A stretch of 64,000 nucleotides of DNA from contig NC_042999.1 of assembly GCF_006345805.1 (NCBI RefSeq), positions 70,308,001 through 70,372,000 on the forward strand. Direction: 5' to 3'. This DNA is from Octopus sinensis. Lineage: Eukaryota. Positions 25,369 to 37,636 of the stretch are shown here, in pieces. The position numbers and the translations under genes are program-made. How positions within the stretch are numbered: the first letter of the stretch is position 1; each line of letters opens with the position of its first letter. Below the pieces are notes generated by a model. It had not been told where the DNA came from and ran no database searches. It was given only the letters and a program-made list of their open reading frames with translations.

Positions 25369-25663
25369 CCCTTTTGTTACTATATTTATTCAATACAGGA
25401 ATTTAAAAAATTTTGTGTCAAGTTGACACCATGTGTCATTAACCTTTTTGTTCCTGTATTTATTTTGAGATGCTCTCTGCTTCTTTCAATTACTTTAAAT
25501 ATAACAAAGAATTTAGTAAAATAACTTAGTTATCATTCAGCTAGTGTTAGGAACATAAATTGTGACTAAGGTTTGGTGGAATATTTTAATTCAAAACTAA
25601 TTGAAAACAAGACATTTGTACTCAGAGCCAGAGCTGGATTCAGCAAGGTTGGTAATGAAAGGG
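25369..25663. mobile_element. piggyBac-type MITE
   Basis: TTAA-cccttttgttac ... gtaatgaaaggg-TTAA. Confidence 0.85.
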
Positions 25664-26507
25664 TTAAAGCAGTAATACTTGGAAGGGTGTTAAGGAGATT
25701 AACTGGCAGAAACATTAGCATGCCAGGCGAAATGCTTAGTGGTATTTTGTTTGTCTTTACATTCTGAGTTCAAATTCTGCCAAGGTTGACTTAGCCTTCC
25801 ATCATTTTGGGGTTGATAAATTAAGTACCAGTTGCATACTGGGGTTGATCTAATCAACTCGCCCCCTCCCCCAAAAGTTTGGGCTTTGTGCCTAAAGTAG
25901 AAAAGAATACTTGAAAGGTTGTTTGTTATGGGGGTCAGAGCATTTTACATTTATAAAGCACTTAGCTGTACAGGCAACTTGTTACACACATTGGCCAGAG
26001 ATTTTCCTTAATTTAGTAGACAAGACAAAGACTTCCCTTGAACAAATAGGTTCAGTAAAATATTTAATAGGCACACCATGAGGCATCTATCTGAACAACC
26101 GAAATGAAATTTTTAATCCTTACCTACATGAAAGGAAGTGCATCCTATCATACCTATGTGCCCCAATGTGACTATAATTGCCAGTTTGCCAAAGTCGGCT
26201 TATTAACACCAATACCTGAGAATCTGGCAGAGTTTGACCAGAACATACACAAATACACTCAGACACACATACACCTTAACAAGGCAGACATACCCAATGG
26301 ATCATTTTTCCACCATGCTGATGTTATTATTATTTATTATTATGTTATTATTATTTATTCAAAGCACTTGGGATAATAATAATTCGTTCGTTTATTGGTC
26401 ACAAGGGCTAACAAAAATCAATTAAAACATAAAGGGACAAAACACAGGACGAAAGTTACAAAGGGTTTTGTCCGTTTGATAATAATAATAATAATAATAA
26501 TAATAAA

Positions 26508-26850
26508 CCTGTTGTCATAGGTGCCCTGGGAATGATAGCAAAAGGAGCTGATTGCAACCTAACTCAGATACCAGGAAACACCAAATTGGCAGAAATTCAA
26601 GATAGTGCTCATATCCTACGCAAAATACTTTCTATGTAACCTCAAGTTTTAAAACAAACATAATTTTCATAAGGTTTTTTTTTAGACATTCACTAGTACA
26701 ACACTAAGTACAAAACCAAATATATGGCACCCTAGGCATAACACCAACATGAACTTCCAACCTGTTGTCTCTTGAGGTCTCTGGGTGAGACTTGGAGCCA
26801 ACTTGTACAAATGTAAAGCAAAAGTCAAACATAGAATAATAATAATAAAG
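26508..26850 (+). mobile_element. 5'-truncated R4/Dong-clade non-LTR retrotransposon end in a (TAA)n tract
   Basis: PVVIGALGMIAKG...AEIQ.IVL...ILRKILSM* followed by a 3' UTR with gaggtctctgggtgagac. (TAA)n on both sides. Confidence 0.7.
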
Positions 26851-28207
26851 TAGATATGCATTTATCGACCGCTTGAATAGTTCCATAGACCCCTGTTCTT
26901 TAACCATACAGCCACGCCTGTGTAAGTTGCGAGTTTGCTATTTTTAACAGGCCCAAGCAAACACGAGTAGCTTAATAAATATATCTAATTCTTGTGCTGC
27001 ATGGGGGATACGAGCGATGGAGAGAGCAGGTAAACAAAATTTGAAAAACACGAATGTTTGCATTTTTTTTCTTTTTATGTCGAATTACGTGTATAAAATT
27101 AACGAAAAATACCTTTAAAATTCAATTAAATGGTGACAGCTGTTCGAAAGACACGATGAAAAGTGATGGGGTTACGAAGTTTGAAAAAACATGGATTTTT
27201 TTTTTTTTTTGTCTTCTTCATGCAAATTAGTATGTAAGATATTATGATAAAGGAACGAAAAATACTAGCCCACACCATGCCAAATACCATTTTATTTGTG
27301 ACAGCTATTCTGAAAGTTCACCCACTTAAGTACTGGGGTCGATGAAACCGACTAACACTCCCATTAACATTATTGGCGGTGAATTTTTAACAATTATTAT
27401 TTGTACATTTTGTATTTTCAATTTTCAGCAGCATCGTTAAAAGCATTTAGCTGATTTATGAAGCTAATATTGTCGAAGAAACGGATAAAATTATTTTAAT
27501 TTTCGGTATCTCCAATGTTCAAAACTTAGAAAACTAAAAAATAAAGTTGGAGGTTAGCGCACGATTTCCCTATTTTTGAATTATTAATTATTTGCTTCGG
27601 TAATGCAAAAAAAAAAAAGTTATTTTTTACCACTCCCTTCTTTTAGAATTACGCTGCTTAATTCAAAGATTACTAATTGACAACTACAAGTAGCATATAT
27701 GGAAGTTGATTCAAGTCATTATACCAGGAAAACAAAACCATTATTGTTGTATAGCTCTAGCTTAAAAATAATGATAATAAAAGCTTGCTTAATGTTGCTC
27801 TATTTCTTGAACAGAAAAAGGGGGCAAAAATGTAAACATAATACATGCTTGACTGTCGTTCAGGAGGGAAAGTTTCTTATCGACGTGGTAGGGTTGACAG
27901 AAGGAATCTTTACCAAGTTTAAATAATTCAACAATGTAATGATAAACCCTACGATTACAGATATCTCAGTCATGACCATCTCGCCTTATTTTATTCTATA
28001 TTTCATGCATAATGTACATTTGGCAACATAAGCCAATGTTGTCCTTTTCTTAAGACAGTAGAGTGATTCGACTGACATTTCTAGCGGAACAAACGACCAT
28101 GCAAAAGCTTCCCAGCGGATTGTGGACTAACGTTAGCTTCCTCACATTGTGTCTCGTACAAATCAACAAAATAAAAAAAAAGAGAGAATGAAAATTGCAG
28201 TGTTTAC

Positions 28208-28259
28208 CATAAAAATCGTGTAGAGGGGCCAGAGGTGTCCATTCAGTTACTTGGGACAT
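28208..28259 (-). CDS. TPK1: TPK1 first coding exon (MSQVTEWTPLAPLHDFY, ends phase 1)
   Basis: ATG in a caaaATG context. TPLAPL resembles the TPLEPL N-terminus of vertebrate TPK1. The donor G|gtaaac gives phase 1, which joins the next exon as G+AT=Asp. Confidence 0.85.
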
Positions 28260-28620
28260 TTTGTAATGTGTACGACTGTCCCTATATCATTTAAAACAGA
28301 TTGAAGGTGTCTTGTATTTAGTATATCCACTGCGTAGGTGTGTATGTAGTTCAAAACGTTATAGATGGGAGAATGCCGTTTTAAGCCCTCGTTTGTTTTA
28401 TAAAGTTTCTTCAAGTAGTTTGAGTTAGAAGAATAAGTTTAGATAATAAGAAATACACGTAGATGCACATAGAGAGAAAGAGAGATACGAACACTATCTT
28501 GTTTAATTAAATGTAATTTTTAATTTCAGCTGCTATTGACACACCGAAAATGTCATTGGCTCTGTGAAGAGAGAGGTGGATGGGATAAAAGTCAGTCATG
28601 ACCAAATGCAAACTTGTTCG
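28260..28620 (-). promoter_or_regulatory. Probable TPK1 5' UTR/promoter
   Basis: Repeat-poor, CpG-retaining sequence immediately upstream of the TPK1 ATG. CCAAT on the minus strand near 28556-28560. Confidence 0.35.
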
Positions 28621-29058
28621 GCAAACCAGACGTAGTTAAGGGTGTGTATACACACACATCTATATATCATATGCTTATAATTTATGTATGTGTGTGTACG
28701 TGCGCGCGTGTCTATGTATGCTTTGTGCGTGTATAATTATACGTATGTATCTATGACTAATTGTGTTTCAGTTAAAAAATAAATAAAATAAACCTCATTT
28801 TATGAGTCGTGAGCTTATTGGCGATTATTACCGACTTGTGCCGAATGATTTGTTTACGTTTCACTTTCAATATCTTTTTGTCTTTTACATGTTTCGGTCT
28901 TTGGACTATGGCCATGCTAGGGCACCGCCTTCAAGAGTTTTAGTCGAACGAATCGACTCCAGCATTCATTTTCTTAAGCTTGGTACTTATTCTATCAGTT
29001 TTTTTTGCCGAACCGCTAAGTTGCGAGGACGCAAACACCGGTTGTCAAGCAACGGTGG

Positions 29059-29100
<42 letters not shown>

Positions 29101-29212
29101 GTTATTAAGTTGGCTATCCGCAATTTAAAAATCAAAAGGTAAAAATACAAACATCACTAAAGTGACTAAGTGTGCAAATCAGTACCAGCATATATATATA
29201 TATCACCAGTTC

Positions 29213-29467
29213 ATCAGATGTTGCTACACATCGCTGGTCACAATGCGTTCGCATTGTTTTAGCCTTCGAATGACGCCACTCCGCTGGCTAAGCGAGCAGG
29301 CCAACAAGTGAGAGAAAGGGTGGTGAAAGAGTACAGCAGAGATCACCACCCCCCTGCCGGAGCCTCGTGGAGCTTTTAGGTGTTTTCGCTCAATAAACAC
29401 ACACAACGCCCGGTCTGGGAATCGAAATCGCGAGTCCGCTGCCCTAACCACTGGGCCAGTGCGCCTC
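29213..29467 (-). mobile_element. SINE family D variant with CpGs intact
   Basis: Near-identical to 62035-62326 except at CpG sites. Confidence 0.8.
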
Positions 29468-29509
<42 letters not shown>

Positions 29510-31254
29510 ACAAATCCAGTCACCAGGCTTTGGTCAACCAAGGTCTATAGTAGCAGGTACTTGCTCAATGTGCCATGCAGTAGGACTGAGCTTGGAGCTA
29601 TGTGGTCGGGAAGCCAACTTCTTACCTTGCTGCCACACCTGTAGCCACGCCTCACCATCTTAAAAGTACAAAGTTGGAAATATCGAGGCATACATATAGA
29701 TGCATGTATTCATATATGTTTCTACGCTCGCATGCACACTCACATACTCTGTCAAAATATGTTAAGCATTCAAGAAGTTCAGCCATACATGTAATGACAT
29801 CCATGCCTGCAATCATGTATCCTTGTGCACATATATATGCATATACGTGCATGCTTTGTTTGCTTATATGCACATGAGTATGCATGTATATATACGTATG
29901 TGTGTACATGCACACGCGCAACCAATTTAAATGAAAATGTTGGTAAATTGTAGTAAATAGTGCGAAAAATCAGCATACACGTTTCCCAGGTTTTTAAACT
30001 GTAAGATTGAAGGTACATTCACGAGAACCAGTACAGAACAAAATAATTTGTAAACACACTAAAACCACAATTATTTTAGCACCTGCCTATAATGAGCAAT
30101 ATATACGAAGGAGGATTTCTGAGTATTAGGTGTGCCTTAAACACGAAAAATATTGCGCGTTAATTGTGATTCAGATCTACTTTATGAGTTTGCTAACCTC
30201 ATTTGTCAAAGTAGGACATGCAGATGTATATATCTTACTATGACAATTAGGATTAGGCCAACTTCTTTCATTTACATACAATTATATCTTAAACACTATT
30301 TATTGTCTATAAATGCCTGACACAATAAGCTAAATATTCCTCTATTTACTCCATGAGTGTCCCTTTTGTATACACAAACATGTTACTGAGTGGCTCTTAT
30401 ACTTACCTTTATGTTTTCCTCTTTTACTGTGACGAATGACTTGATGCCATCTCCTTCAAGCCGTAACCCACTTGGCATTTTGATAAGCTGAAGTTGAATA
30501 CTCTTTCCTCGGTGGCAGTTAAAGTGGAGAAGTACAACTAAAAGATGACAAAGATCGGACATCTTGCACGCAACTCCATAAAACACCAATTCTATGGAAC
30601 ATTGCGTCACAATATTTGTGTCCTCTAGTACTCATGTAGCAACTAATACTTCATCCCAAACATTGTGGGGAGTTGTCATCTGACAGTATTTTATAATCAA
30701 GAAACACATGCATATGAGATGCACCTCAATTTCAGCATCGCATATTCAAGAAAAGGTTTGTAGTGCATTAAAAGCATATAATATAGGCGTAGTATCACAT
30801 ACTGGACCAGGGACGTTTTCTTTGACATTCTTTTGGGAAGAAAAGTGTGTCTTATAGAAAGTTATAAAATAGACCATCAGGTACAGTATTCAAAAAGCAT
30901 AATAAAATTTGAAAAACATATACAATAATCTGAAACTTTATTTGTATAGAAGTGATTCGAAACCAAATCCCAGGATTTGTGGTCAGACATCACAAGCAAG
31001 CCACCATAGTTTCACGTGAGAGGTCTTTTAACCGACCAATCAGCGTGAAGCGATCGCATGGACAGGTTTCTCTGAGATTCAGGAATTTGACTTCTGGTTC
31101 CCTATAAAAACCGTTCCATGCTTTTTTTTACCATCCCGACAACCTAAAACAGATGACAGGAACCGTTGCCACTACGAATATAGCACGGTTGTTTCCAGTA
31201 ATGTGGGGCAAGCCGCATGTTGCCACATCAATAGCTTACCATAAACTCCAAGTA

Positions 31255-31656
31255 GTATCTTTTCGGTTGAACGGCAGTTTTTAACATAATTTCTAGTAAA
31301 CTAAAAAATTTTAAACTTCGTATACTGGTAGAATGTGTTTATAAAACATCTTTTTATCTTGGCTTTATTGAGAAAATTCTATAGTTTGTAAGATATTTGG
31401 TTTTTTTCTTCAATTTCTGCATTTTCAACCAATCACTGACGCCTATTGAGCTAAAAAAACATTCTGTGCCGTATGAATATGACCCTCGTTTAAAAAATAG
31501 ATTGGGCTTATTTACATTTGTGAAGAAAAAAAGATACCCTTCCCCCCACCCCTAAAACAGATTGAAACGCAATAGATCGATACTAGGGTCATAATTATGG
31601 GTGACAATTTCATATGACACTGCTAGAAAAAACTGCCGTTCAAACCGAAAAGCTCC
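31255..31656. mobile_element. Second copy of the same MITE, inverted relative to 32367-32779
   Basis: Aligns over its whole length to the reverse complement of 32367-32779. Termini slightly decayed; no TSD. Confidence 0.85.
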
Positions 31657-32366
31657 TCTCTCTCTCCTAGTATGTAATTATTGCTTTTGTTAGTTGTAAA
31701 AGGTCAACGCAGTCTGTCTTCATGTGCTATAATAAAACCTTCTGTTAAATGTTTGCGGGGTATTGTTCAGTTACTTCTTCACGCTGTCTAAGAAACATGT
31801 TTTCCTTCATCAATTCAACCACTCACCACCACAGACCAGACCAACAACCCTTCAACACCTTCATTGTAGATTTAGTTTATACCACCCCATACCAAAAAAA
31901 AAGACATCCCTACATCTGAGAGGATTTTCTTCGTCTTTTATATCATATCTTAGACGAGACATTCTACTTAAAATACAATATTAATTTAAGAAATTTATCC
32001 AAGAAATTTTCTGAGTAAATAATTCGATTCACTGTGTTGCAGATGAATTCATGTTTTTTTTTTAATTGGTGAAAGAAAGAACAGCCTGACATATAGTCGA
32101 GTAGTGGGAGGCATTTTTGAATCTGCTATATTACTGACTAGGCTCCCGTGACTTAAGGGCTACCCCTGGCAGCATACACTCTAGCTACATCACTGCCGAC
32201 ATAACAGCAAATATATATTTAAAATTTGAAAGGGCTGCTTTTTAATTTGGGATATTTATCATTACAAGATAATGAAAACAGTCTACAGTGTAGAAAAACC
32301 ATATTAATTGCCCTCTCAAGGGTCAACCGTCTTGCTTGTATTTATATCACAAAAGCAACAAAACTG

Positions 32367-32779
32367 GGATCTTTTCAGTTTGAATGGCAGTTTTTTCTAG
32401 CGGTGTCATATGAAATTGTCACCCATAATTATGACCATAGTATCGATCTATCGCATTTCAATCTGTTTTAGGGTTAGGGGTGGGGGGGAAGGGTATCTTT
32501 TTTTCTTCACAAATGTAAATAAACCCAATCTGTTTCTTAAACGAGGGACATATTCATACAGCACAGAATGTTTTTTTACCTCAATAGACGTCAGTGATTG
32601 GTTGAAATTGCAGAAATTGAAGAAAAAAAACAACAAATATCTTACAAACTATAGAATTTTCTCAATAAAGCCAAGAGAAAAAGATGTTTTATAAACACAT
32701 TCTACCAGTATACGAAGTTTAAATTTTTTTAGTTACCTAGAAATTATGTTAAAAACTGCCGTTCAAACCGAAAAGATCC
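32367..32779. mobile_element. MITE with ~28-bp TIRs (GGATCTTTTCGGTTTGAACGGCAGTTTTT) and an 8-bp TSD
   Basis: Perfect TSD caaaactg at 32359-32366 and 32780-32787. An 8-bp TSD with GG termini fits Merlin or hAT; superfamily unresolved. Confidence 0.88.
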
Positions 32780-34052
32780 CAAAACTGTCTTTTGACTGAC
32801 TTCGTTTTCCACTCATCAAAAAAGTACAACAGATCAATGTCAAACTCACATCTCTCTTTAAATCTAGTTGAAGCAAAAAAATCAAAAACAAAAAAAAAAT
32901 GCAATATTGTACTCGAGGACAGTACAAAATGGTTGCAAATGAGTCAAGAGACAGTATCAATCAATGATAAGTATTTTGTCGTTCACTTTGTGGGGTGCCA
33001 CCAAAAGCAGCACTCCACACTGAGAACATTGAAAATACCGTAGATAGCATTTCTAAAATGTGGGGAAAGATAGTGAATGCCAAAAATTCCCGAGTTATAC
33101 CTGAAAATTGATAAGAGTGAATATACCTATACACACACATACGTACACTCATTCATACAATAACTATGCATATATATTTCTTTATTGCCCACAAGGGGCT
33201 AAACATAGAGGGGACAAACAAGGAGAGACAAAGGGATTAAGTCGATTACATCGACCCCAGTGCGAAACTGGTACTTAATTTATCAACTCCGAAAAGATGA
33301 AAGGCAAAGTCAACCTCAGCGGAATTTGAACTCAGAACGTAACGGTAGATGAAATACGGCTCACCGCCTTTTCATACAATAACTATGCATATATACCCAT
33401 ACTATGGATAATGACAATAAATGTGTATTGTATTTGAATATATTGAAAATGATAATGAAATATAATTAGAATACTAGTGTCTTCTGGTATAAGGTATAAT
33501 TGTGGGACAATGTATATCGATATATTTACTGATATATGTCTTTTTTTCCTTGATACTTTTGCAAATTGTAAGCCTTTATTTTTATATAAAATAATGGGTG
33601 GGGAGAGAATGTCCAAACTTCGTATTTCTTTTAATTATTTGCGTTCAAATCTCACTCCTTTACTTTTCAGATATTAACCAACACATGCACAAAGACTGTT
33701 GATTTCACTTAAACATTAATTATTTGGTGTGAGAATGTTTGTTACACAAACCGCAACCTGGTCATTGACACGGATCCTTGACAACTGGTTTCAGGTGGGC
33801 CAACACCCTCACTTCCCACCCATTGCAGTGAACATTCTGAAACCAAACAGTAAATATTTAAGTGAAGTTCAGTTTTTGTGTATTTTCCCTATTGTAATTG
33901 ACTTAGCTTCAACACACAGTCTCATTAAAATTATTCACTGCCTGGAAAGTACTATGTACACAAATATAATGTACGCATGTTTAGAATATGCTACAGAAAC
34001 AAGTAGTAATATCCTAAACTATTCATTTGTTTAATTCTCATTGCTATATATA

Positions 34053-34455
34053 CCGTAAACCCTTGAGTATAATACGCACCCCTTCTCTAACTTGAGTCAA
34101 GGAGGTCTATATAACATCCTTGGTTTGTAAAAATGTATACGGTAACGTCCTTTATTATTATTGTATATATAACATAATGCAAACGTGTAGCTTTTTTGTG
34201 CCTTTTGTTTGCAGAAAATAAAGAAATAACAGTAATGTTTAATAAATGTTGCTTACTGCAAGTCATGGATGATTTAAGGTATTTTCGCGCCCGACATTAC
34301 AAAATGCGTCTGACTAAACATTGCCGGACAGCAAATAGAGACTAGGACATTGCTTAGAAAATAATTTTCATTTTTAACCTCGTATATAGTATGCACTAGG
34401 GAATTTGACCATTAAATTTTCAGAAAAAAATGCAGATTATACTGAGGATTTACGG
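34053..34455. mobile_element. pogo/Tc2-like MITE
   Basis: TA-ccgtaaaccct ... aggatttacgg-TA, imperfect ~25-bp TIRs. Confidence 0.75.
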
Positions 34456-34664
34456 TATATATATATCATCATCATCATCATCATTTAGCGTCCGCTTTCG
34501 ATACTGGCATGGGTTAGACGTTTTGGCAGGAACTGGTAAAGCAGAGAGCTGTACAAGGTTCCAGTCTGATTTTGGTTTGGTTTCTATGGCTGGATGCATA
34601 CACCTACATATACACAAATGAATACTCACATGTGGCTGATACACACCCACATCCAATGTGTACA

Positions 34665-34830
34665 CATGGAGTAGGAGTGGCTATGTGGCAAGTAGCTTGT
34701 TTACCAACCACATGGTTCTGGGTTCAGTCCCACTGCATGGCACCTTGGGCAAGTGTCTTCAACTATAGCTTTCGGGCCGACCAAAGCCTTGTGAGCGGAT
34801 TTGGTAGACAGAAACTGAAAGAAGCCTGTC

Positions 34831-34886
<56 letters not shown>

Positions 34887-35093
34887 GTTTGTGTGTCTAT
34901 GTTTGTCCCCCCAACATTGCTTGACAACCAATGCTGGTATGTTTACATCTCTGTAACATAGCAGTTCAGCAAAAGAGGTCAATAGAATAAGTAGTAGGCT
35001 TACAAACAATAAGTCCTGGAGTTTATTTGCTCAACTAAAGGCAGTGCTCCAGCATGGCCACAGTCAAATGACAAACAGGTAAAAGAGTAAAAG
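34665..35093 (+). mobile_element. SINE family A full-length copy with internal (TA)n
   Basis: Same consensus. Further copies or fragments at about 10750, 13085(-), 22500, 23570, 28860(-), 48120, 48310(-), 49920(-), 51690, 59570(-), 60220, 60540, 60770(-). Confidence 0.85.
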
Positions 35094-37636
35094 AATGAAG
35101 TCAAAGTGTAATTTTGGATAAAATTTAATGTCAAATATAAAGATATAAAGAGAAAAAAAAATGATTTTGAAAAAAAAAAAACTTTTTGAGAGAAAACTAA
35201 AGCAAGTATGAGAAAAAAAATTAGAAAGAAAATTAGGTGGATTTAAAAATGATTAAACTAAACAGATCTGTTGGCAGGTGTCATATAAAAAATAAATTTT
35301 ACTACAAATTTGTGAATGATATAACCAGTAACCAGAGACAAACTAAAGGACAAAAATTACTAAAATCAGTTGAACAAATGAGGCAACTAAGAAATATATT
35401 ACTGATCATGATGATGGGGATGATAATGATTCTAACACAGGCACAAGCCAGAAATTTTGGCAGGGAAGGAACAAGTCAATTATATCAACCCCAAGATGAA
35501 AAGATAAAGTTAACCATGGCTAGATCTCAACTCAGAATGTAAAAATTAGGAACAAATACTGCAAGGTATTTTTGTCTGATGCTTTCATAATTTTGCTGAT
35601 CCATTGTTCTGGTATCCTTACATTGGCACAAAGCCTAAAATTTATAGAGAGAGAGAGAAGTGGTATTGTTGATACAGACAGACCCCAGTACACTGCTGGT
35701 ACTTATTAACCACAGAAGGATGAACAACTGAGTCAGCCTCAGCAATTAATACATCAATTTTTAACATAGACACAAACCCCTAATTTTGAGGAAGGATAAC
35801 AGATGATGAAACCAATCCCCACTACATGACTGCTACTTTTTTATCAACCCACCCTTGGAAGAATGAATGGCGAAGTCAGCCCCTAATAGGATTTAAATTC
35901 AGAACAAAAAATGATGTAAATAAATATTGCTTGACATTTGGCCTTGTGCTCCACTGATTTGGCTATCCACCACTCTTGTAATGGAACAAAGCGAATTTTT
36001 GGAAAAGAAGGTTTACTGCTAAGCATTATTGATGAAATGCCTATCTATGCAAAGAGTTGAGTCTAAATACCAAAAGGTGTTTACTTCAATGTTCAACTGT
36101 TCCAGCTACCTCAAACCAAAGTCATCATTCACATTTGAGAACAGCCTGGTAGAATGTACCTGCTTTCGCTGGTCTAAATAGTGACAAGTAGAGTTAGACA
36201 CCCTCTTGACTTGGTAGAATGTCAAGGATGTGACAGATGGAGGGAGAGAGGGAGGTACCAGTTGTGTGTTGGTACTCATTTTCAACCGAGGAGACTAGAG
36301 CAATGTGAAAAGAAATCTTTGCTCAAGGATATAATGTGCTGACTGGCCTAGGAATTGAACTCACAACCTTCTTAATCATCAGCCAAACACACTAACTACT
36401 AGGCCACACACTGCCTAGATAATAATCCTTTCTAACATTGGCACAAGGTCACAAAATTTTATGGAGGGGTTCAGTTGATAAAATTGACCCTGGAAGGATG
36501 AAAGGTGAAGTTGAACTTGGCGGGATTTGAAATCAGAATGTAAAGGACACAACTAAATACCAAAAGCATTTTGTATGACACACAGACAATTCTGCCAATC
36601 CACTACCAATTTTAATAACAATCGTTTCTAATATAGGCACAATGCCAGAAATTTTGGAAGGAACGAACAGTCAGCATTGACCCTAGCAACTGACTGGCAA
36701 TTTAATTTTATCAACCTCAGAAGGACAAAAAGGCAAAGTTGCCCTTAATGGAATTTGAGCTCATAACATAACAAGCTAGAACAAAATAGTGCAAGGCAGT
36801 CTGTGTAATGTCCTAAATCAGGCCAGGGCAATTTTTTTGAGAAGCAGGCCACATGAAACATGACTAAAAAAATTCAAGGTAATTTTTCATTAGGTGTAAT
36901 ATTCAGAAAGTCCCATGAGGCGTATTTTGCCCAAGACTGACTTAAATAATCCACTGATATTTTAATAATAAAAACAAATGTTTCAAAACAGACACAAGTC
37001 CAGGTATTCAAAGGGAAGGGAATGGTTGATTATATTGACTTCAGGATGTAAAGAGCCAGTTAAAATACCACAAGGTATTCTACTCTTTAGTTTACAAAAA
37101 TTCTACTTCCTCTTGGCATCTTTTACCACTAGCACTGCAACTGCAATATATGTTCCTATGTTCTAGCTAGCTGCCATTTTAATAAGAAAATATATTGGCG
37201 GAGGGATGTAGTCAATTTACATGAATCTCACACCCAATAATCTGACTGGTATTTATTTTATATCAAAAGGAGTGAAAGGTAAAGTTGACCTCAGCAGAAC
37301 TTGAACCCAAAACATTAGAATATAACTAAACACTGCAAATCATGTAGTCTGTTACTTCATTATTCTATCAAATCAAACAATCCTTCTTAATAATAATAAT
37401 AATCATTTCTACTACAGGCACAAGGCCTGAAATTTGGGGGGGGGGATTAGCCGATTGCATCAACCTTGAAAGGATAGAAGGCTAAGTCGACCTCGGTGGA
37501 ATTTTGAACTCAGAACATAAAGAGGGACAAAATGTTGCTAAGCATTTTGTCTGGCGTGCTACTTGACTGATACTTTATTTTACTGACCCTGGAAGAACAA
37601 AAGGCAAAGTCAACTTATGTGAGATTTACAAATAAG

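Noticed and set aside
26124-26215. 92-nt minus-strand segment bounded by ag and gtaagg in TPK1 intron 1
   Set aside because: Weak pyrimidine tract, immediate in-frame stop and no homology; indistinguishable from a pseudo-exon.
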